From positions 124,001-188,000 of IMG/VR virus record IMGVR_UViG_3300032116_000004: DNA of 64,000 bases; one strand, written 5' to 3'. The notes beneath the pieces were generated by a model that had not been told where the DNA came from, searched no databases, and saw nothing but the letters and a program-made list of their open reading frames with translations. The translations under genes and the position numbers were made by a program. Positions 19,474-29,539 of the stretch are shown in pieces; the stretch's first letter is position 1, and every line of letters starts with the position of its first letter.

Positions 19474-20213
19474 AGTCCTAGCACTGTGTCAATGATGGGG
19501 TGACGTTGTATATCCCGTTTTCCTAAGGTGCATACTGCTAGGCCATTTCCTGATTGAGATTTCAGTCTCTCGCAGAGATCTAGTAGGCCATTGTCTCGCT
19601 TGGTGCGGTCGGTCTGTTCAACGTCCCCGGTAACTACGATTTTTGAACCGCTGCCAATGCGGCTCAAAAGCATTTTCATCTGTCCCGGAGTGGCATTCTG
19701 CATCTCGTCAGCGATGATCCAACTGGATTTGAAAGTCCTGCCTCGCATGAAAGCCAAGGGTGAGATTTCTATGATCTGGTCGTCCATCATCTTGACAATG
19801 TCTTGTGGTCTGTAGTATTCACGCAACACATCCAGCAGTGGCCTGGTCCACGGTTCCATCTTTGATATCAGATCGCCGGGCAGGAATCCATGTCGCTCAT
19901 CCTCTACTCCTATCGCAGGACGGGTTAGAACTATCCTTTCACATTGCCCGGCTTTGAGAGCCTTGATGGCCGCTTGCATGGCCAAATAGGTCTTGCCCGT
20001 TCCAGCAGGACCTACAGCCACCACTATGTGTTGGCTGGGATCTAACAGGGTTAAAATGAGATGTTCTTGATTGCGGGTTTTTGGCACTAGATCTATGTGC
20101 CTGGTTTGTCGGAGTGCTTGGTTAAAGTTGATGGTGTTTTCTTGCTGTGTGTGAATACGTCGTTGGGCTTTGGCCCCTCTTGCTCTACTCAATGTCAATT
20201 CTCCTTTGAACAT
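19461..20213 (-). CDS. phoH: PhoH-family ATPase (start uncertain)
   Basis: GPAGTGKTYLA, LTRP, GFLPGD, FMRGRTF, DEMQN, TGD; minus-strand TAAATA at 20235-40. Confidence 0.92.
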   Translation of the reverse strand: MFKGELTLSRARGAKAQRRIHTQQENTINFNQALRQTRHIDLVPKTRNQEHLILTLLDPSQHIVVAVGPAGTGKTYLAMQAAIKALKAGQCERIVLTRPAIGVEDERHGFLPGDLISKMEPWTRPLLDVLREYYRPQDIVKMMDDQIIEISPLAFMRGRTFKSSWIIADEMQNATPGQMKMLLSRIGSGSKIVVTGDVEQTDRTKRDNGLLDLCERLKSQSGNGLAVCTLGKRDIQRHPIIDTVLGLYAE

Positions 20214-20361
20214 TTGTGCGCTACCTCACATGAATATTTAGGTCATTAACTTGAGTCATAACACAGGACAGAATTCCAAGATCAGCCCACTAAATATTAG
20301 GCTTTGCCCATGCCTGCCAGGCAAAAAACAGCAAACTATCGCTGACCATAAATACTTGACC

Positions 20362-20946
20362 ATGGACAGCAATATCTTCAAAAACGATCAAGACTATTGG
20401 CTCATAGCCGACAACATCCGCGACATCTATCTCAGTGACGGCAGCCTCAGCACATTGCTGGATTTTGAGCGTGTGTTAGACGAACTGGATATCTATGCCT
20501 TTAAAAACTGGCAGTTGGGCGAGTTAGTGTCAGGACCCGACATTGGCAAATACAAAGTAGGTTGCATATTCATGTGGCCCGGGGAACTCATGCCAGACCC
20601 ACGCGGTGCCCGTAGATTGTTGCCCTTTGACTGCGAAGTGCGCTTCAAAAAGACCCGCATGAAAGTGCCCAAGAAGATCGAAAAACCCACGGATTTCCGT
20701 CCTGGCACACACAAAGCCAAACTCATAGACAAACCCGTATGGTTGGTAGAAATCGTCATGCCCAAGAATCTCATGAATGACATCCGCACCGGTGCCGTGG
20801 AACTGGAAGATGAGACCATAGACCTAGAAGAACTGGATCAAGCCTATGAGCAGGATCTAGATCAGGAACAATATCAAGACCAAGGTGCCGTACAGCAGGC
20901 CCAGGCCACGTTGGCACCATCTGGAGGAATCCCCAATGTTGTCTGA
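20362..20946 (+). CDS. Hypothetical late protein
   Basis: TAAATA at 20349, 7 nt before ATG. Confidence 0.7.
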   Translation: MDSNIFKNDQDYWLIADNIRDIYLSDGSLSTLLDFERVLDELDIYAFKNWQLGELVSGPDIGKYKVGCIFMWPGELMPDPRGARRLLPFDCEVRFKKTRMKVPKKIEKPTDFRPGTHKAKLIDKPVWLVEIVMPKNLMNDIRTGAVELEDETIDLEELDQAYEQDLDQEQYQDQGAVQQAQATLAPSGGIPNVV

Positions 20947-21469
20947 AGGACTTAATTTCAAAGACTTGGTAGGCATGATGAAGCCCACCATACACATCGA
21001 TGAGTTCTCATCCAAGATGGGTGATGATGACGAGATCTTGGTAGCATCATTTTTCGTGCGCGATCGCCAAGCCGCCAAGGACATAGTGAACTGGTTGGAA
21101 AAGGGCTACGATGCAGTGATTGATGCAGATACCAGTCCCGGCGAGATCCGACCCAATCGATATCTGGTCTACACAGAAATGAAACGCCGATCCAATGTAG
21201 CAGACAAACTGGAAGAAATACTCAGCGATTTTTCCACGCTCACAGAATACGAAGACAGTTCCAAATGGACCTTGGTCTACAGAGGCAAAGATCAACCATG
21301 GTCAGTGGAAGCATTCAACGCCACTGTGCCTACCAGTCCCAAAGAGTATCGCCGTCGTGTGGAGAGCGATCTCAACGAAATGCGTTCTGCATCTGGCTTG
21401 CCTGTGCGGCAGATCTATGAACGCGAAGCAGATATCAGAACCTTACAAAGTGCTGCCGGTCTGATATAA
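20936..21469 (+). CDS. Hypothetical protein
   Basis: GGAGG SD before MLSEGL. Confidence 0.7.
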   Translation: MLSEGLNFKDLVGMMKPTIHIDEFSSKMGDDDEILVASFFVRDRQAAKDIVNWLEKGYDAVIDADTSPGEIRPNRYLVYTEMKRRSNVADKLEEILSDFSTLTEYEDSSKWTLVYRGKDQPWSVEAFNATVPTSPKEYRRRVESDLNEMRSASGLPVRQIYEREADIRTLQSAAGLI

Positions 21470-21485
21470 GCTGCTACATACTCCT

Positions 21486-22103
21486 ATGATAGTGAGTTGT
21501 GGCGACAGTTTTTTCTACGGTAGCGATCTACAAGATGCAAACAGCACATGGCCCGCGCTGGTCGCGCAGAGACTGGACTCAGAGTATCATTGTCTAGCCC
21601 AACCTGGCGTGGGCAATCTCCGCATACTACAACAAGTGATTGAGGCGCTGGATCGTTTTGGGCCCCGGGCCACCTATCTCGTCAACTGGACCTGGATTGA
21701 TCGTTTTGATTATGTCCACAGCCAAGACGCCCAGTGGCATACCATACGGCCCGCATTGGATGATTCACCAAATGACGATCTTTACTATAGACATTTCCAC
21801 GGTGAACTGTCAGACAAGTTCCGGAATTTGATCTATGTATCACATGCGTGCGACATGATGCAAGGTCATCGATGTGTGATGACTTACATGGATCGATTGC
21901 TGTTGGATCAACAATGGCATGCTCCGGATTATGTGCAGGTTTTACAAAGCAAAATACACCAACATCTCCAGGATTTTGATGGACAGACATTCCTCGAATG
22001 GAGCCGAGGTCGTGGCTTTGCCGAGAGCCCAGGTTGGCATCCACTGGAGGCAGCGCATGTGGCAGCCGCTGATCATTGGTTACACAGAGTGTCTGCACTA
22101 TGA
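21486..22103 (+). CDS. SGNH/GDSL-hydrolase-like protein (paralog of 3866)
   Basis: CGDSFFYG, PGVGN, VNWTW, QWHAPDY, WHPLEAAH shared with 3866..4561. Confidence 0.7.
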   Translation: MIVSCGDSFFYGSDLQDANSTWPALVAQRLDSEYHCLAQPGVGNLRILQQVIEALDRFGPRATYLVNWTWIDRFDYVHSQDAQWHTIRPALDDSPNDDLYYRHFHGELSDKFRNLIYVSHACDMMQGHRCVMTYMDRLLLDQQWHAPDYVQVLQSKIHQHLQDFDGQTFLEWSRGRGFAESPGWHPLEAAHVAAADHWLHRVSAL

Positions 22104-23209
22104 GTTATTGTCCTTTGCCATTCCGACATGTTTTCATTGAGCCACGAGGTATCAAGCCTTGTTGCAGTTTCACAGAGACTGCTCCGATCACTGTGACTCA
22201 GTGGTTGTCCAGTGATCGATTGAGGAATTTGCAACAAAACATCCTGTCAGGATCCATAGACTCTGGATGTGCTGACTGTATCCGTAACGAACAACAGCAT
22301 GGTGTGGGCACCAGACTGGGAGCGTTGCAACACTATGGTTCCACTCCTGTGTCAGACACTGATATAGATTATGTGGATTATCGTTCCAGCAACGTCTGCA
22401 ACTTTCGATGCCGGTCATGCGAACCTTATTTTTCCAACGGTATCGCACAAGATGTGCGCCAGAGCGAATTCTTACAAACTCTCTATCAGATTCCGCCAGA
22501 AAAAACCGCCACAGTGTCAGACAAACAATGGATCTTGGACAACATATCGACCATTGATAGACTGATGTTCACCGGCGGTGAACCTACCTTATTGCCCGAA
22601 GTAAAAGAAATAGTCAATCGTATACGACGTGAGCAGTTAGATACCAAGATCATCATGATCACCAATGGCAGCTTCCGTGATCCATGGTGGTTGGAAATCG
22701 CCAGCACCATGCCCAATGTTAATTTCACTGTGAGTCTTGATGCTGTGGGCCCAGCTGCAGAAATCATACGCCACGGCACCAGTTGGTCGCAGATCGAGCG
22801 CAACGTCCTGTATCTAGCCAACCATGGTCACAGTGTGAACTTCAGCACAGTGATAACGCAACTAAATTTTTTCCAACTTGGACCCTTGCTGGCATTTATC
22901 AACATCGTCCGGAAATTCAACGATCGTCCCAACGGACGCACACAGTTCATACAGATATGCAACCATCCTAGATACTTCTCTCCCATTAACTGGCCAGATC
23001 ATATGCGTCCTGCGGCCATTGACTATCTTGATTGTTTGTTGGCTCTGGATTTTGTAGATTCTGCACGTGATGTCCTGGTAGATCTGCGCAACAACATCAT
23101 CCAGCATGAATTTGACTCCGATGCATGGACCACTGCCCAACGTGTGAACCTAGAACTAGACGTCTTGAGAAAACAAGACCATACTTGGCTATTTGAGCCC
23201 ACAAAATAA
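22100..23209 (+). CDS. Radical SAM protein with N-terminal SPASM/twitch-like Cys cluster
   Basis: CNFRCRSC, TGGEP, KPCC...CADC. Confidence 0.85.
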   Translation: MSYCPLPFRHVFIEPRGIKPCCSFTETAPITVTQWLSSDRLRNLQQNILSGSIDSGCADCIRNEQQHGVGTRLGALQHYGSTPVSDTDIDYVDYRSSNVCNFRCRSCEPYFSNGIAQDVRQSEFLQTLYQIPPEKTATVSDKQWILDNISTIDRLMFTGGEPTLLPEVKEIVNRIRREQLDTKIIMITNGSFRDPWWLEIASTMPNVNFTVSLDAVGPAAEIIRHGTSWSQIERNVLYLANHGHSVNFSTVITQLNFFQLGPLLAFINIVRKFNDRPNGRTQFIQICNHPRYFSPINWPDHMRPAAIDYLDCLLALDFVDSARDVLVDLRNNIIQHEFDSDAWTTAQRVNLELDVLRKQDHTWLFEPTK

Positions 23210-23236
23210 CTAAATACCGACACAAGGAGCAAAACA

Positions 23237-23857
23237 ATGTCCGTGATATCTCGCGATCAACTCAAAGAATGCATAGGCAACAATGCTTATCTAGACCAGT
23301 GGTGCCAAGCACTCAATGCCATACTGCCAGAATACGGCATCAATACTGCCGAGCGTGTGGCCGCTTTTGTCGCACAGTGCGCACACGAATCGGGTGGATT
23401 CAAGTTCCTCACAGAAAACCTCAACTACAAAGCCGCTAGCCTGCGCAAAGTTTTCCCCAAATACTTCCCCACTGATGAACTCGCGGCAGCCTATGAAAAA
23501 CAGCCCGAACGCATTGCCAACAGGATATATGCTAACAGAATGGGCAACAGCGATGAAGCATCTGGAGACGGATGGCGCTATCGTGGTCGCGGCCTGATCC
23601 AACTCACTGGGCACGACAACTATGCTTTCTTTGCAGGCAGTCTTGACATACCCGTGGAAGAAGCCGCTGAATATCTGCAGACCTTTGAAGGTGCTGTGCA
23701 AAGTGCCTGTTTCTTCTGGGAGCAAAACAAACTCAACGATTGGGCAGACAAGCGAGACATCCTCACTCTTACCAAACGCATCAACGGTGGAACCATCGGT
23801 CTCGAAGACCGCAAAAAGCATTATGAGCATGCCCTCCACGTGCTGGGAGCTCACTGA
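23237..23857 (+). CDS. Glycoside hydrolase family 19 endolysin
   Basis: AQCAHESGGF, ENLNY, YRGRGLIQLTG, TKRINGG; TAAATA at 23211. Confidence 0.9.
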   Translation: MSVISRDQLKECIGNNAYLDQWCQALNAILPEYGINTAERVAAFVAQCAHESGGFKFLTENLNYKAASLRKVFPKYFPTDELAAAYEKQPERIANRIYANRMGNSDEASGDGWRYRGRGLIQLTGHDNYAFFAGSLDIPVEEAAEYLQTFEGAVQSACFFWEQNKLNDWADKRDILTLTKRINGGTIGLEDRKKHYEHALHVLGAH

Positions 23858-24465
23858 TGTTTAGCATCCAGATGATGCTACAGTTGATTCCAGACAGCAT
23901 CTTTGTTTGGATCACCTATGCCATGCTGGCTGCAGGCCTTGGTGCCTACGTGGCCAGCAAGGTTCTGTTGTGGTTGCCCGTGATCAGCACTTACAAACTA
24001 CCAGTGGAGCTGATAGGTGTAGCGGTCTTGGTAGTTGGCGCTTATTTCTACGGTGGTGTGGCCTATAGAGAAATGATTGCTGAATATCGAGAAAAAGTGC
24101 GAGTCGCAGAACAACAAAGCCGAGAAGCCAACGAGCAACTGGCTGAAGAAGTAAAGAAAAAAGCCAAAGTCATAAAGGAAACTGTGTATGTCAACAGAGA
24201 AATCATCAAGGAAGTCACTGGTGGGCAGATTGATGCTACTTGCCGCTTGCCCCGTAGTGCTGTCAGCGTGCATGACCGCGCCAGTCAAAATGAAGTGGCC
24301 GGACGTGCCGAAGGAACTGATGGAACCCCCAGTGAAGTTAAAGCCAGTCAGCTCCTTACCACAGTCGTCGAAAACTACGGCTCCTGCCACGACAACGCGG
24401 CGAGATTAGAAGCATGGCAGCAGTGGTATAGAGATCAGAAACGAATCTGGGAGTCCATACGATGA
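23857..24465 (+). CDS. Rz-like inner-membrane spanin
   Basis: N-terminal TM helices, coiled coil, follows endolysin. Confidence 0.65.
   Translation: MFSIQMMLQLIPDSIFVWITYAMLAAGLGAYVASKVLLWLPVISTYKLPVELIGVAVLVVGAYFYGGVAYREMIAEYREKVRVAEQQSREANEQLAEEVKKKAKVIKETVYVNREIIKEVTGGQIDATCRLPRSAVSVHDRASQNEVAGRAEGTDGTPSEVKASQLLTTVVENYGSCHDNAARLEAWQQWYRDQKRIWESIR
24188..24409 (+). CDS. Embedded Rz1-like outer-membrane lipoprotein spanin
   Basis: Alternate frame inside Rz-like gene; lipobox VLSAC then Pro-rich TAPVKMKWPDVPKELMEPP. Confidence 0.6.
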   Translation: MSTEKSSRKSLVGRLMLLAACPVVLSACMTAPVKMKWPDVPKELMEPPVKLKPVSSLPQSSKTTAPATTTRRD

Positions 24466-24791
24466 TGGACATCATGATGCTGATGGAGACCAAGATCAGC
24501 ATGAGCCTGGTGTTGGCCCTGTGTTTTATCTTCCTCCTGATCATCTTGTGGGTGTATCAAAGAGACAGTTCAAACAATGTAGATATCAAAGATCTATTCT
24601 GCACCGATGGAAAGATCGATGAAAAGAAATTCACACGCCTGGGCGCCTGGGTGGTCAGCACATGGGGTTTTGTCTACCTCATAGTGGATCAGCGTTTTTC
24701 AGAATGGTATTTTGTTGGATACATGGGTGCCTGGGTGGCCAATGCATTGTTTGACAATTACATGCAAAAAGACAAAGAATCTAAAAGTTAA
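24462..24791 (+). CDS. Holin-like membrane protein
   Basis: About 3 hydrophobic segments, charged tail, in lysis cassette. Confidence 0.5.
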   Translation: MMDIMMLMETKISMSLVLALCFIFLLIILWVYQRDSSNNVDIKDLFCTDGKIDEKKFTRLGAWVVSTWGFVYLIVDQRFSEWYFVGYMGAWVANALFDNYMQKDKESKS

Positions 24792-24807
24792 AATTTAAAG
24801 GAGAAGT

Positions 24808-24927
24808 ATGATGCTGGAAACTATATTTTGGTTGGCATTGGGAGCGTTTATAGGGTGGAACTTTCCTCAACCCGAATTCGCTAAAACTATACAGGCCCGG
24901 ATCGTGGGTCTATTCAAGAAAGGGTAA
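24808..24927 (+). CDS. Small membrane protein (39 aa), not in ORF track
   Basis: AAGGAG SD; MMLETIFWLALGAFIGWNFPQP. Confidence 0.65.
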   Translation: MMLETIFWLALGAFIGWNFPQPEFAKTIQARIVGLFKKG

Positions 24928-24930
24928 AAA

Positions 24931-25146
24931 ATGAAACATATCATATTCGCCGCGGGATTGGCCTTGGCAGTATCTTATCCGGTGATCGCCGCTGATACCA
25001 AACCAGAGACTCGCAAAGTCTGTGTGGATGTCAAGGACAAAGATGGAAAAGTGGTCAAAAACAAAGATGGCACTAACAAGCAGAACTGCCGAGAAGTCAA
25101 AGCACATCAAAAGCACGAAGGAACCAAAGTTCCTGAAAAGAAATAG
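24931..25146 (+). CDS. Small secreted Lys-rich protein
   Basis: Sec signal MKHIIFAAGLALAVSYPVIA; two Cys. Confidence 0.65.
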   Translation: MKHIIFAAGLALAVSYPVIAADTKPETRKVCVDVKDKDGKVVKNKDGTNKQNCREVKAHQKHEGTKVPEKK

Positions 25147-25168
25147 CTTCTAAAAGGTAGCACGGACC

Positions 25169-25204
25169 AAGGGCATGTAGTATAATTACTACTGCCCTTT
25201 TCTT
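25169..25204 (+). terminator. Hairpin + U-tract; also contains TATAAT -10 box for dnaJ
   Basis: aagggca...gtagta/tactac...tgccctt followed by T-rich run. Confidence 0.55.
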
Positions 25205-25999
25205 ATGACTGATTACTACCAAACCCTGGGTGTGCCCCGCACAGCCTCCGAAGATGATATCAAAAAGGCCTTCCGCAAGTTGGCCATGAAGCATCATCCT
25301 GACCGCGGTGGTGATGAGAAAAAATTCAAAGAAATCAATGAAGCCTATGATACCTTGGGCGATGCCACCAAGCGCCAGCACTATGACAATCCTCAGGTGC
25401 GTATCAACGTCAACGGCAATCCTTTCCACGGCGGTGGTGGACCTTTCAACTTTGATACCATATTTGAGATGTTCGGTGCAAGGATGAATCCACGTGGCCA
25501 ACAAGCACCGCGCAATCAGCGCATCAGTATCTGGATTTCATTGGAGACTGCTGTGGTTGGTGGACCTCGCACTGTGAGCATGCACACCCAAACAGGCACA
25601 CAGGCCTTGGAAATAACCATACCACCGGGGATCAATGACAATGAAAATGTGCGTTATCCGGGCTTGGGCCCGGGTGGTCAAGATCTCATTGTCAACTATC
25701 GTGTGCATGGGCACCCCGGCTGGCAGCGAGATGGACAAGATCTTTATACCGAACGAGGTGTGGATTTCTGGCAATTGATCCTGGGTCATAATCTAGAGAT
25801 CACAGATCTACAAGGTCGTGTGTTGAGTTTGGCCATACCACCACGCACACGTCCCGGAACTATGTTACGAGCGCGAGGACGCGGAGTCGTGCGAGAAGGA
25901 CACACCACCGGCGATTTGATAGTGAGATTGCGTGCCGAAATGCCCGGTAACATACCCGAAGAAATCATCGCTATACTGGAAAAACACACCAATAAATAA
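25205..25999 (+). CDS. DnaJ/CbpA-type co-chaperone (no zinc finger)
   Basis: DYYQTLGV...HHPDRGG J-domain plus DnaJ C-terminal domain. Confidence 0.9.
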   Translation: MTDYYQTLGVPRTASEDDIKKAFRKLAMKHHPDRGGDEKKFKEINEAYDTLGDATKRQHYDNPQVRINVNGNPFHGGGGPFNFDTIFEMFGARMNPRGQQAPRNQRISIWISLETAVVGGPRTVSMHTQTGTQALEITIPPGINDNENVRYPGLGPGGQDLIVNYRVHGHPGWQRDGQDLYTERGVDFWQLILGHNLEITDLQGRVLSLAIPPRTRPGTMLRARGRGVVREGHTTGDLIVRLRAEMPGNIPEEIIAILEKHTNK

Positions 26000-26003
26000 T
26001 TTT

Positions 26004-26450
26004 ATGAAGTTGACACGCAGGGTTTTACACAATCAAGCCAAGCCTGTAGATTTCCAGTATCCTGTCCGCAATCATGATCTGGCCACCCAGATGTTTGGGT
26101 TGATGCGCTTGCAAAATGGCATAGGATTGGCAGCTCCACAGATTGGCCTTTCCAAACGATTGTTTGTGATGAGCGTTGACGGACACGATCGGGCGTGCTT
26201 TAATCCTGTCATAGTGTCTAGCAGTGATGTGTTTGCCGAATTTGAGGAAGGATGCTTGAGTTTTCCCGGAGACTCATGTATACTTAAAAGACCCGATGCG
26301 ATCAGGGCGAGATACCAAAATCATTTCGGTGATTGGGTCGAAGCAGATCTTTCGGGACTTGAAGCCAGATGTTTCCAACACGAGTTGGATCATCTACAAG
26401 GAATAACCATGCATGATCGAGCCAAGGAACAGAATGCAACAGAATCCTGA
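26004..26450 (+). CDS. def: Peptide deformylase
   Basis: GIGLAAPQIG, EGCLS, QHELDHL. Confidence 0.92.
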   Translation: MKLTRRVLHNQAKPVDFQYPVRNHDLATQMFGLMRLQNGIGLAAPQIGLSKRLFVMSVDGHDRACFNPVIVSSSDVFAEFEEGCLSFPGDSCILKRPDAIRARYQNHFGDWVEADLSGLEARCFQHELDHLQGITMHDRAKEQNATES

Positions 26451-28695
26451 AATTGAACAAATATTAGCCCAGGCGCAAAAACTGGCCCGCGTAAAGCGAC
26501 ACGAATATGTCACGCTGGAACACCTGGCCTTGGCCTTGGTAAGGCATCAGCCTTTCACGCAGGTCATCGTCAAGTTTGGCACGCCTGTGGATCATCTCGA
26601 TCAAGACCTTGAAAGTTATATCGACAGCATGGTCAGCCTGCGTATGAATCGCGACGAAGATCCCAAGAAAACCAATGGATTGGAACGTGTGTTCAATCGT
26701 GCGCTCACCCAGGTGTTGTTCACAGGCCGCAGGCAAGTGACCACTATAGATCTATGGTTGGCCATCATGAACGAGTCAAACAGCCATGCACACTATTATT
26801 TCCTCAAGCACGGGCTGGAAAAGAAAGAGTTCATCGAATTTTGGCAAGCCAACTACACTACCAAGGACGGAGTGATCAGTGATGATCAGGCCAACGAAAT
26901 CCTCACCGAACACTGTATCAATTTCAGCCAGCGGGCGAGAGAGGATAAACTGGAGCCCTTGATCGGGCGATCCACAGAACTCAATGAAATCATCACGGTA
27001 TTGGCCAAAAAGTTTAAGTCAAACGTGCTCATGGTAGGAGATCCCGGAGTGGGCAAGACTGCCATCGCCGAGGGCCTGGCCACGCTGATATACAACGGCA
27101 CAGTGCCAGAATTCCTAAAGGATCATGAAGTCTGGAGCCTGGAGATTGGCTCATTGCTGGCAGGAAGCAAATATCGCGGCGAGTTCGAAGAAAAACTCAA
27201 GGCCGTGCTCATGGCCTTGGAACATAAGAAAAATGTCATACTGTTCATAGATGAAGCGCACACCATGCGCGGTGCTGGTGCAGGGTCTGGATCCAGTCTA
27301 GACTTTGCCAACATGATCAAGCCGGCCATAACCAAGGGCTTGCTCAAAGTCATAGCATCAACCACTTGGGAAGAATACTATGAGTCGTTTGAAAAAGATC
27401 GCGCATTGATGCGCCGTTTCTATCGTGTGAGCATCGACGAACCTGATCATGATACTACCATACGCATACTGACAGGATTGCAACCTCGCATGGAAGAATT
27501 CCATCGGGTCAAAATCAACGCAGATGCCATCACCAAAGCAGTGGAACTGGCCAGTCGTTATATCACTGATCGCAAAAATCCTGACAAGAGCATAGATCTA
27601 GTAGATGCGGCCTGTGCCCGAGAACGCATCAAAGATCTTGATGATGTGGTGATCACCGCAGATTTGATCCAGGATCAAGTGGGCCGTGTGGCCAATATTC
27701 CACCCGAACGTGTGAAGAATGATGTAAACACCCGAGTGACCGAACTAGACAGCAACATCAAGCAAAAACTTTACGGTCAGGATCATGTGGTGGATCAAGT
27801 GTTGGAACGTATCTATGTGAACTTCGCTGGTATCGCATCAGGTCGCAGGCCAGTGGGCAGTTTCCTTTTCCTGGGCCCCACTGGCACAGGTAAAACAGAA
27901 CTGGCACGGCTGTTGGCCGACAATCTCGACATGAAACTGTTGAGATACGACATGAGCGAATATCAAGATCGACACACCGTGAGTTCACTGCTGGGAGCAC
28001 CTCCGGGCTATGTGGGCTATGATGACAGCCAACTGGCCGGGGGCAAACTGATCAATGATCTTTCTAAACATCCATTCTCAGTGCTGTTGTTCGATGAAGT
28101 GGAAAAAGCCCACCCAGACATAGCCAACATCTTCCTGCAGATGATGGACGAAGGCACCATCACTGGAAGCAATGGCAAGACCGTGGACGTCAAGAACTGC
28201 ATCATCATCATGACGTCAAATCTAGGTGCTCGAGACAATGAAAATAACACAATCGGGTTTGGCCAGAGCCTCGAGAAGACCGGCGAAGAAGATCGCGCTG
28301 TGAAAGATTACTTCCGCCCGGAACTGCGCAATCGCTTGGATCTCATCTGCAAATTCAACAAACTGGATCCGCTGAGTATCAAGAAAGTGGTCATCAAGTT
28401 CGTAGACGAACTCAAACGCAGTCTAGTGGATCGCAACATCAGACTCACGCTGACAGAAGCCATGGTGGAGCATCTAGCAGACGTTGGCTATGATCCCAAG
28501 ATGGGTGCGAGGCCGTTGGGTCGCAAAATCGACGAACTGATCCGCGTGCCATTGAGCCGCAAGATCCTGTTTGATCGCTTGCAGGACTGCGAAATCACAG
28601 CAGACTATCGCGATGGCACAGTGGCTTTCAGCGATCTCAACCCAATACCCAGCACAGGAACCGTGGACGCCGATGGTATCATACAAGTCGACTAG
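26434..28695 (+). CDS. clpA: ClpA-like AAA+ chaperone
   Basis: Clp N-domain, two AAA modules (GDPGVGKT, GPTGTGKT), GARPL. Confidence 0.9.
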   Translation: MQQNPEIEQILAQAQKLARVKRHEYVTLEHLALALVRHQPFTQVIVKFGTPVDHLDQDLESYIDSMVSLRMNRDEDPKKTNGLERVFNRALTQVLFTGRRQVTTIDLWLAIMNESNSHAHYYFLKHGLEKKEFIEFWQANYTTKDGVISDDQANEILTEHCINFSQRAREDKLEPLIGRSTELNEIITVLAKKFKSNVLMVGDPGVGKTAIAEGLATLIYNGTVPEFLKDHEVWSLEIGSLLAGSKYRGEFEEKLKAVLMALEHKKNVILFIDEAHTMRGAGAGSGSSLDFANMIKPAITKGLLKVIASTTWEEYYESFEKDRALMRRFYRVSIDEPDHDTTIRILTGLQPRMEEFHRVKINADAITKAVELASRYITDRKNPDKSIDLVDAACARERIKDLDDVVITADLIQDQVGRVANIPPERVKNDVNTRVTELDSNIKQKLYGQDHVVDQVLERIYVNFAGIASGRRPVGSFLFLGPTGTGKTELARLLADNLDMKLLRYDMSEYQDRHTVSSLLGAPPGYVGYDDSQLAGGKLINDLSKHPFSVLLFDEVEKAHPDIANIFLQMMDEGTITGSNGKTVDVKNCIIIMTSNLGARDNENNTIGFGQSLEKTGEEDRAVKDYFRPELRNRLDLICKFNKLDPLSIKKVVIKFVDELKRSLVDRNIRLTLTEAMVEHLADVGYDPKMGARPLGRKIDELIRVPLSRKILFDRLQDCEITADYRDGTVAFSDLNPIPSTGTVDADGIIQVD

Positions 28696-29368
28696 CCCTT
28701 TGACCATTAAAATACATCGTAGAGATAGATCTTATTTCGATCTCTATGAGTATTGTTTGGCTTTCCGCATGGACGAGATGAGTTGTGTGCGAGAGATGGA
28801 GCATGACCGCATCGATCGCATGATCAACCATCGCAATGACTGGCGGCAACGCAGTCCGAACTTTGGTGGATCTTGGGCCAGCCGCCGGGGTCAGATCACC
28901 GAAGAACAGCGAGCCAATTGCCATGCCATGTTGGATTTCCTGCAGGCACAACAGAATTACAAAATCACAGTGTCAGGTGATTGGGGATATGTTTACACCA
29001 GCGATCTGGGCCTGATCCGCACCATAGAACAGTTGCCTTATGTGCATGCAGTGAGCGTGAAACGCAGTGTGTTGGATCGCCCCAGAGACACGCTGAGGAT
29101 CCAGAACAGCCAGCACGAGTTCCGGTCCTATTTCCGGGCACAGCGTCTGGATGAACCTCAACGCCACAATCTAGTGGACTTCTTGATCAAGCAAGAAAGC
29201 ATACGATTGGGACCGGGTCTGGCGCAGTTTATTGAACAGGATCAAAAACACTATTATGTCAGTGAAAACTTTTTCATTGATCATGATGGCATGGGCATAG
29301 TTACTATGCTGAGCCTGTTGTTACCTCGTATCACAAGGAAAACAGTCAAACTCATACGCGATAAATAA
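28673..29368 (+). CDS. Hypothetical protein
   Basis: Long ORF, start approximate. Confidence 0.65.
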   Translation: MVSYKSTSPLTIKIHRRDRSYFDLYEYCLAFRMDEMSCVREMEHDRIDRMINHRNDWRQRSPNFGGSWASRRGQITEEQRANCHAMLDFLQAQQNYKITVSGDWGYVYTSDLGLIRTIEQLPYVHAVSVKRSVLDRPRDTLRIQNSQHEFRSYFRAQRLDEPQRHNLVDFLIKQESIRLGPGLAQFIEQDQKHYYVSENFFIDHDGMGIVTMLSLLLPRITRKTVKLIRDK

Positions 29369-29374
29369 AAAACC

Positions 29375-29539
29375 ATGGCAAAATTACACGAAGAAATCAT
29401 CGTAGTCAAAGTAAGCAAATTGCTCAAGGACACAGAACAGGCACAACCCATAATGGGCGCTGAAACCGTGGCCAGTCTCGAACAGGTAATCCAAGAGCTT
29501 GCTGGATCCAATGTATTGGTAGAAATCGCTACCGAATGA
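29375..29539 (+). CDS. Small hypothetical protein (54 aa), not in ORF track
   Basis: TAAATA 7 nt upstream; MAKLHEEIIVVKVSKLLKD; ATGA overlap with next gene. Confidence 0.7.
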   Translation: MAKLHEEIIVVKVSKLLKDTEQAQPIMGAETVASLEQVIQELAGSNVLVEIATE

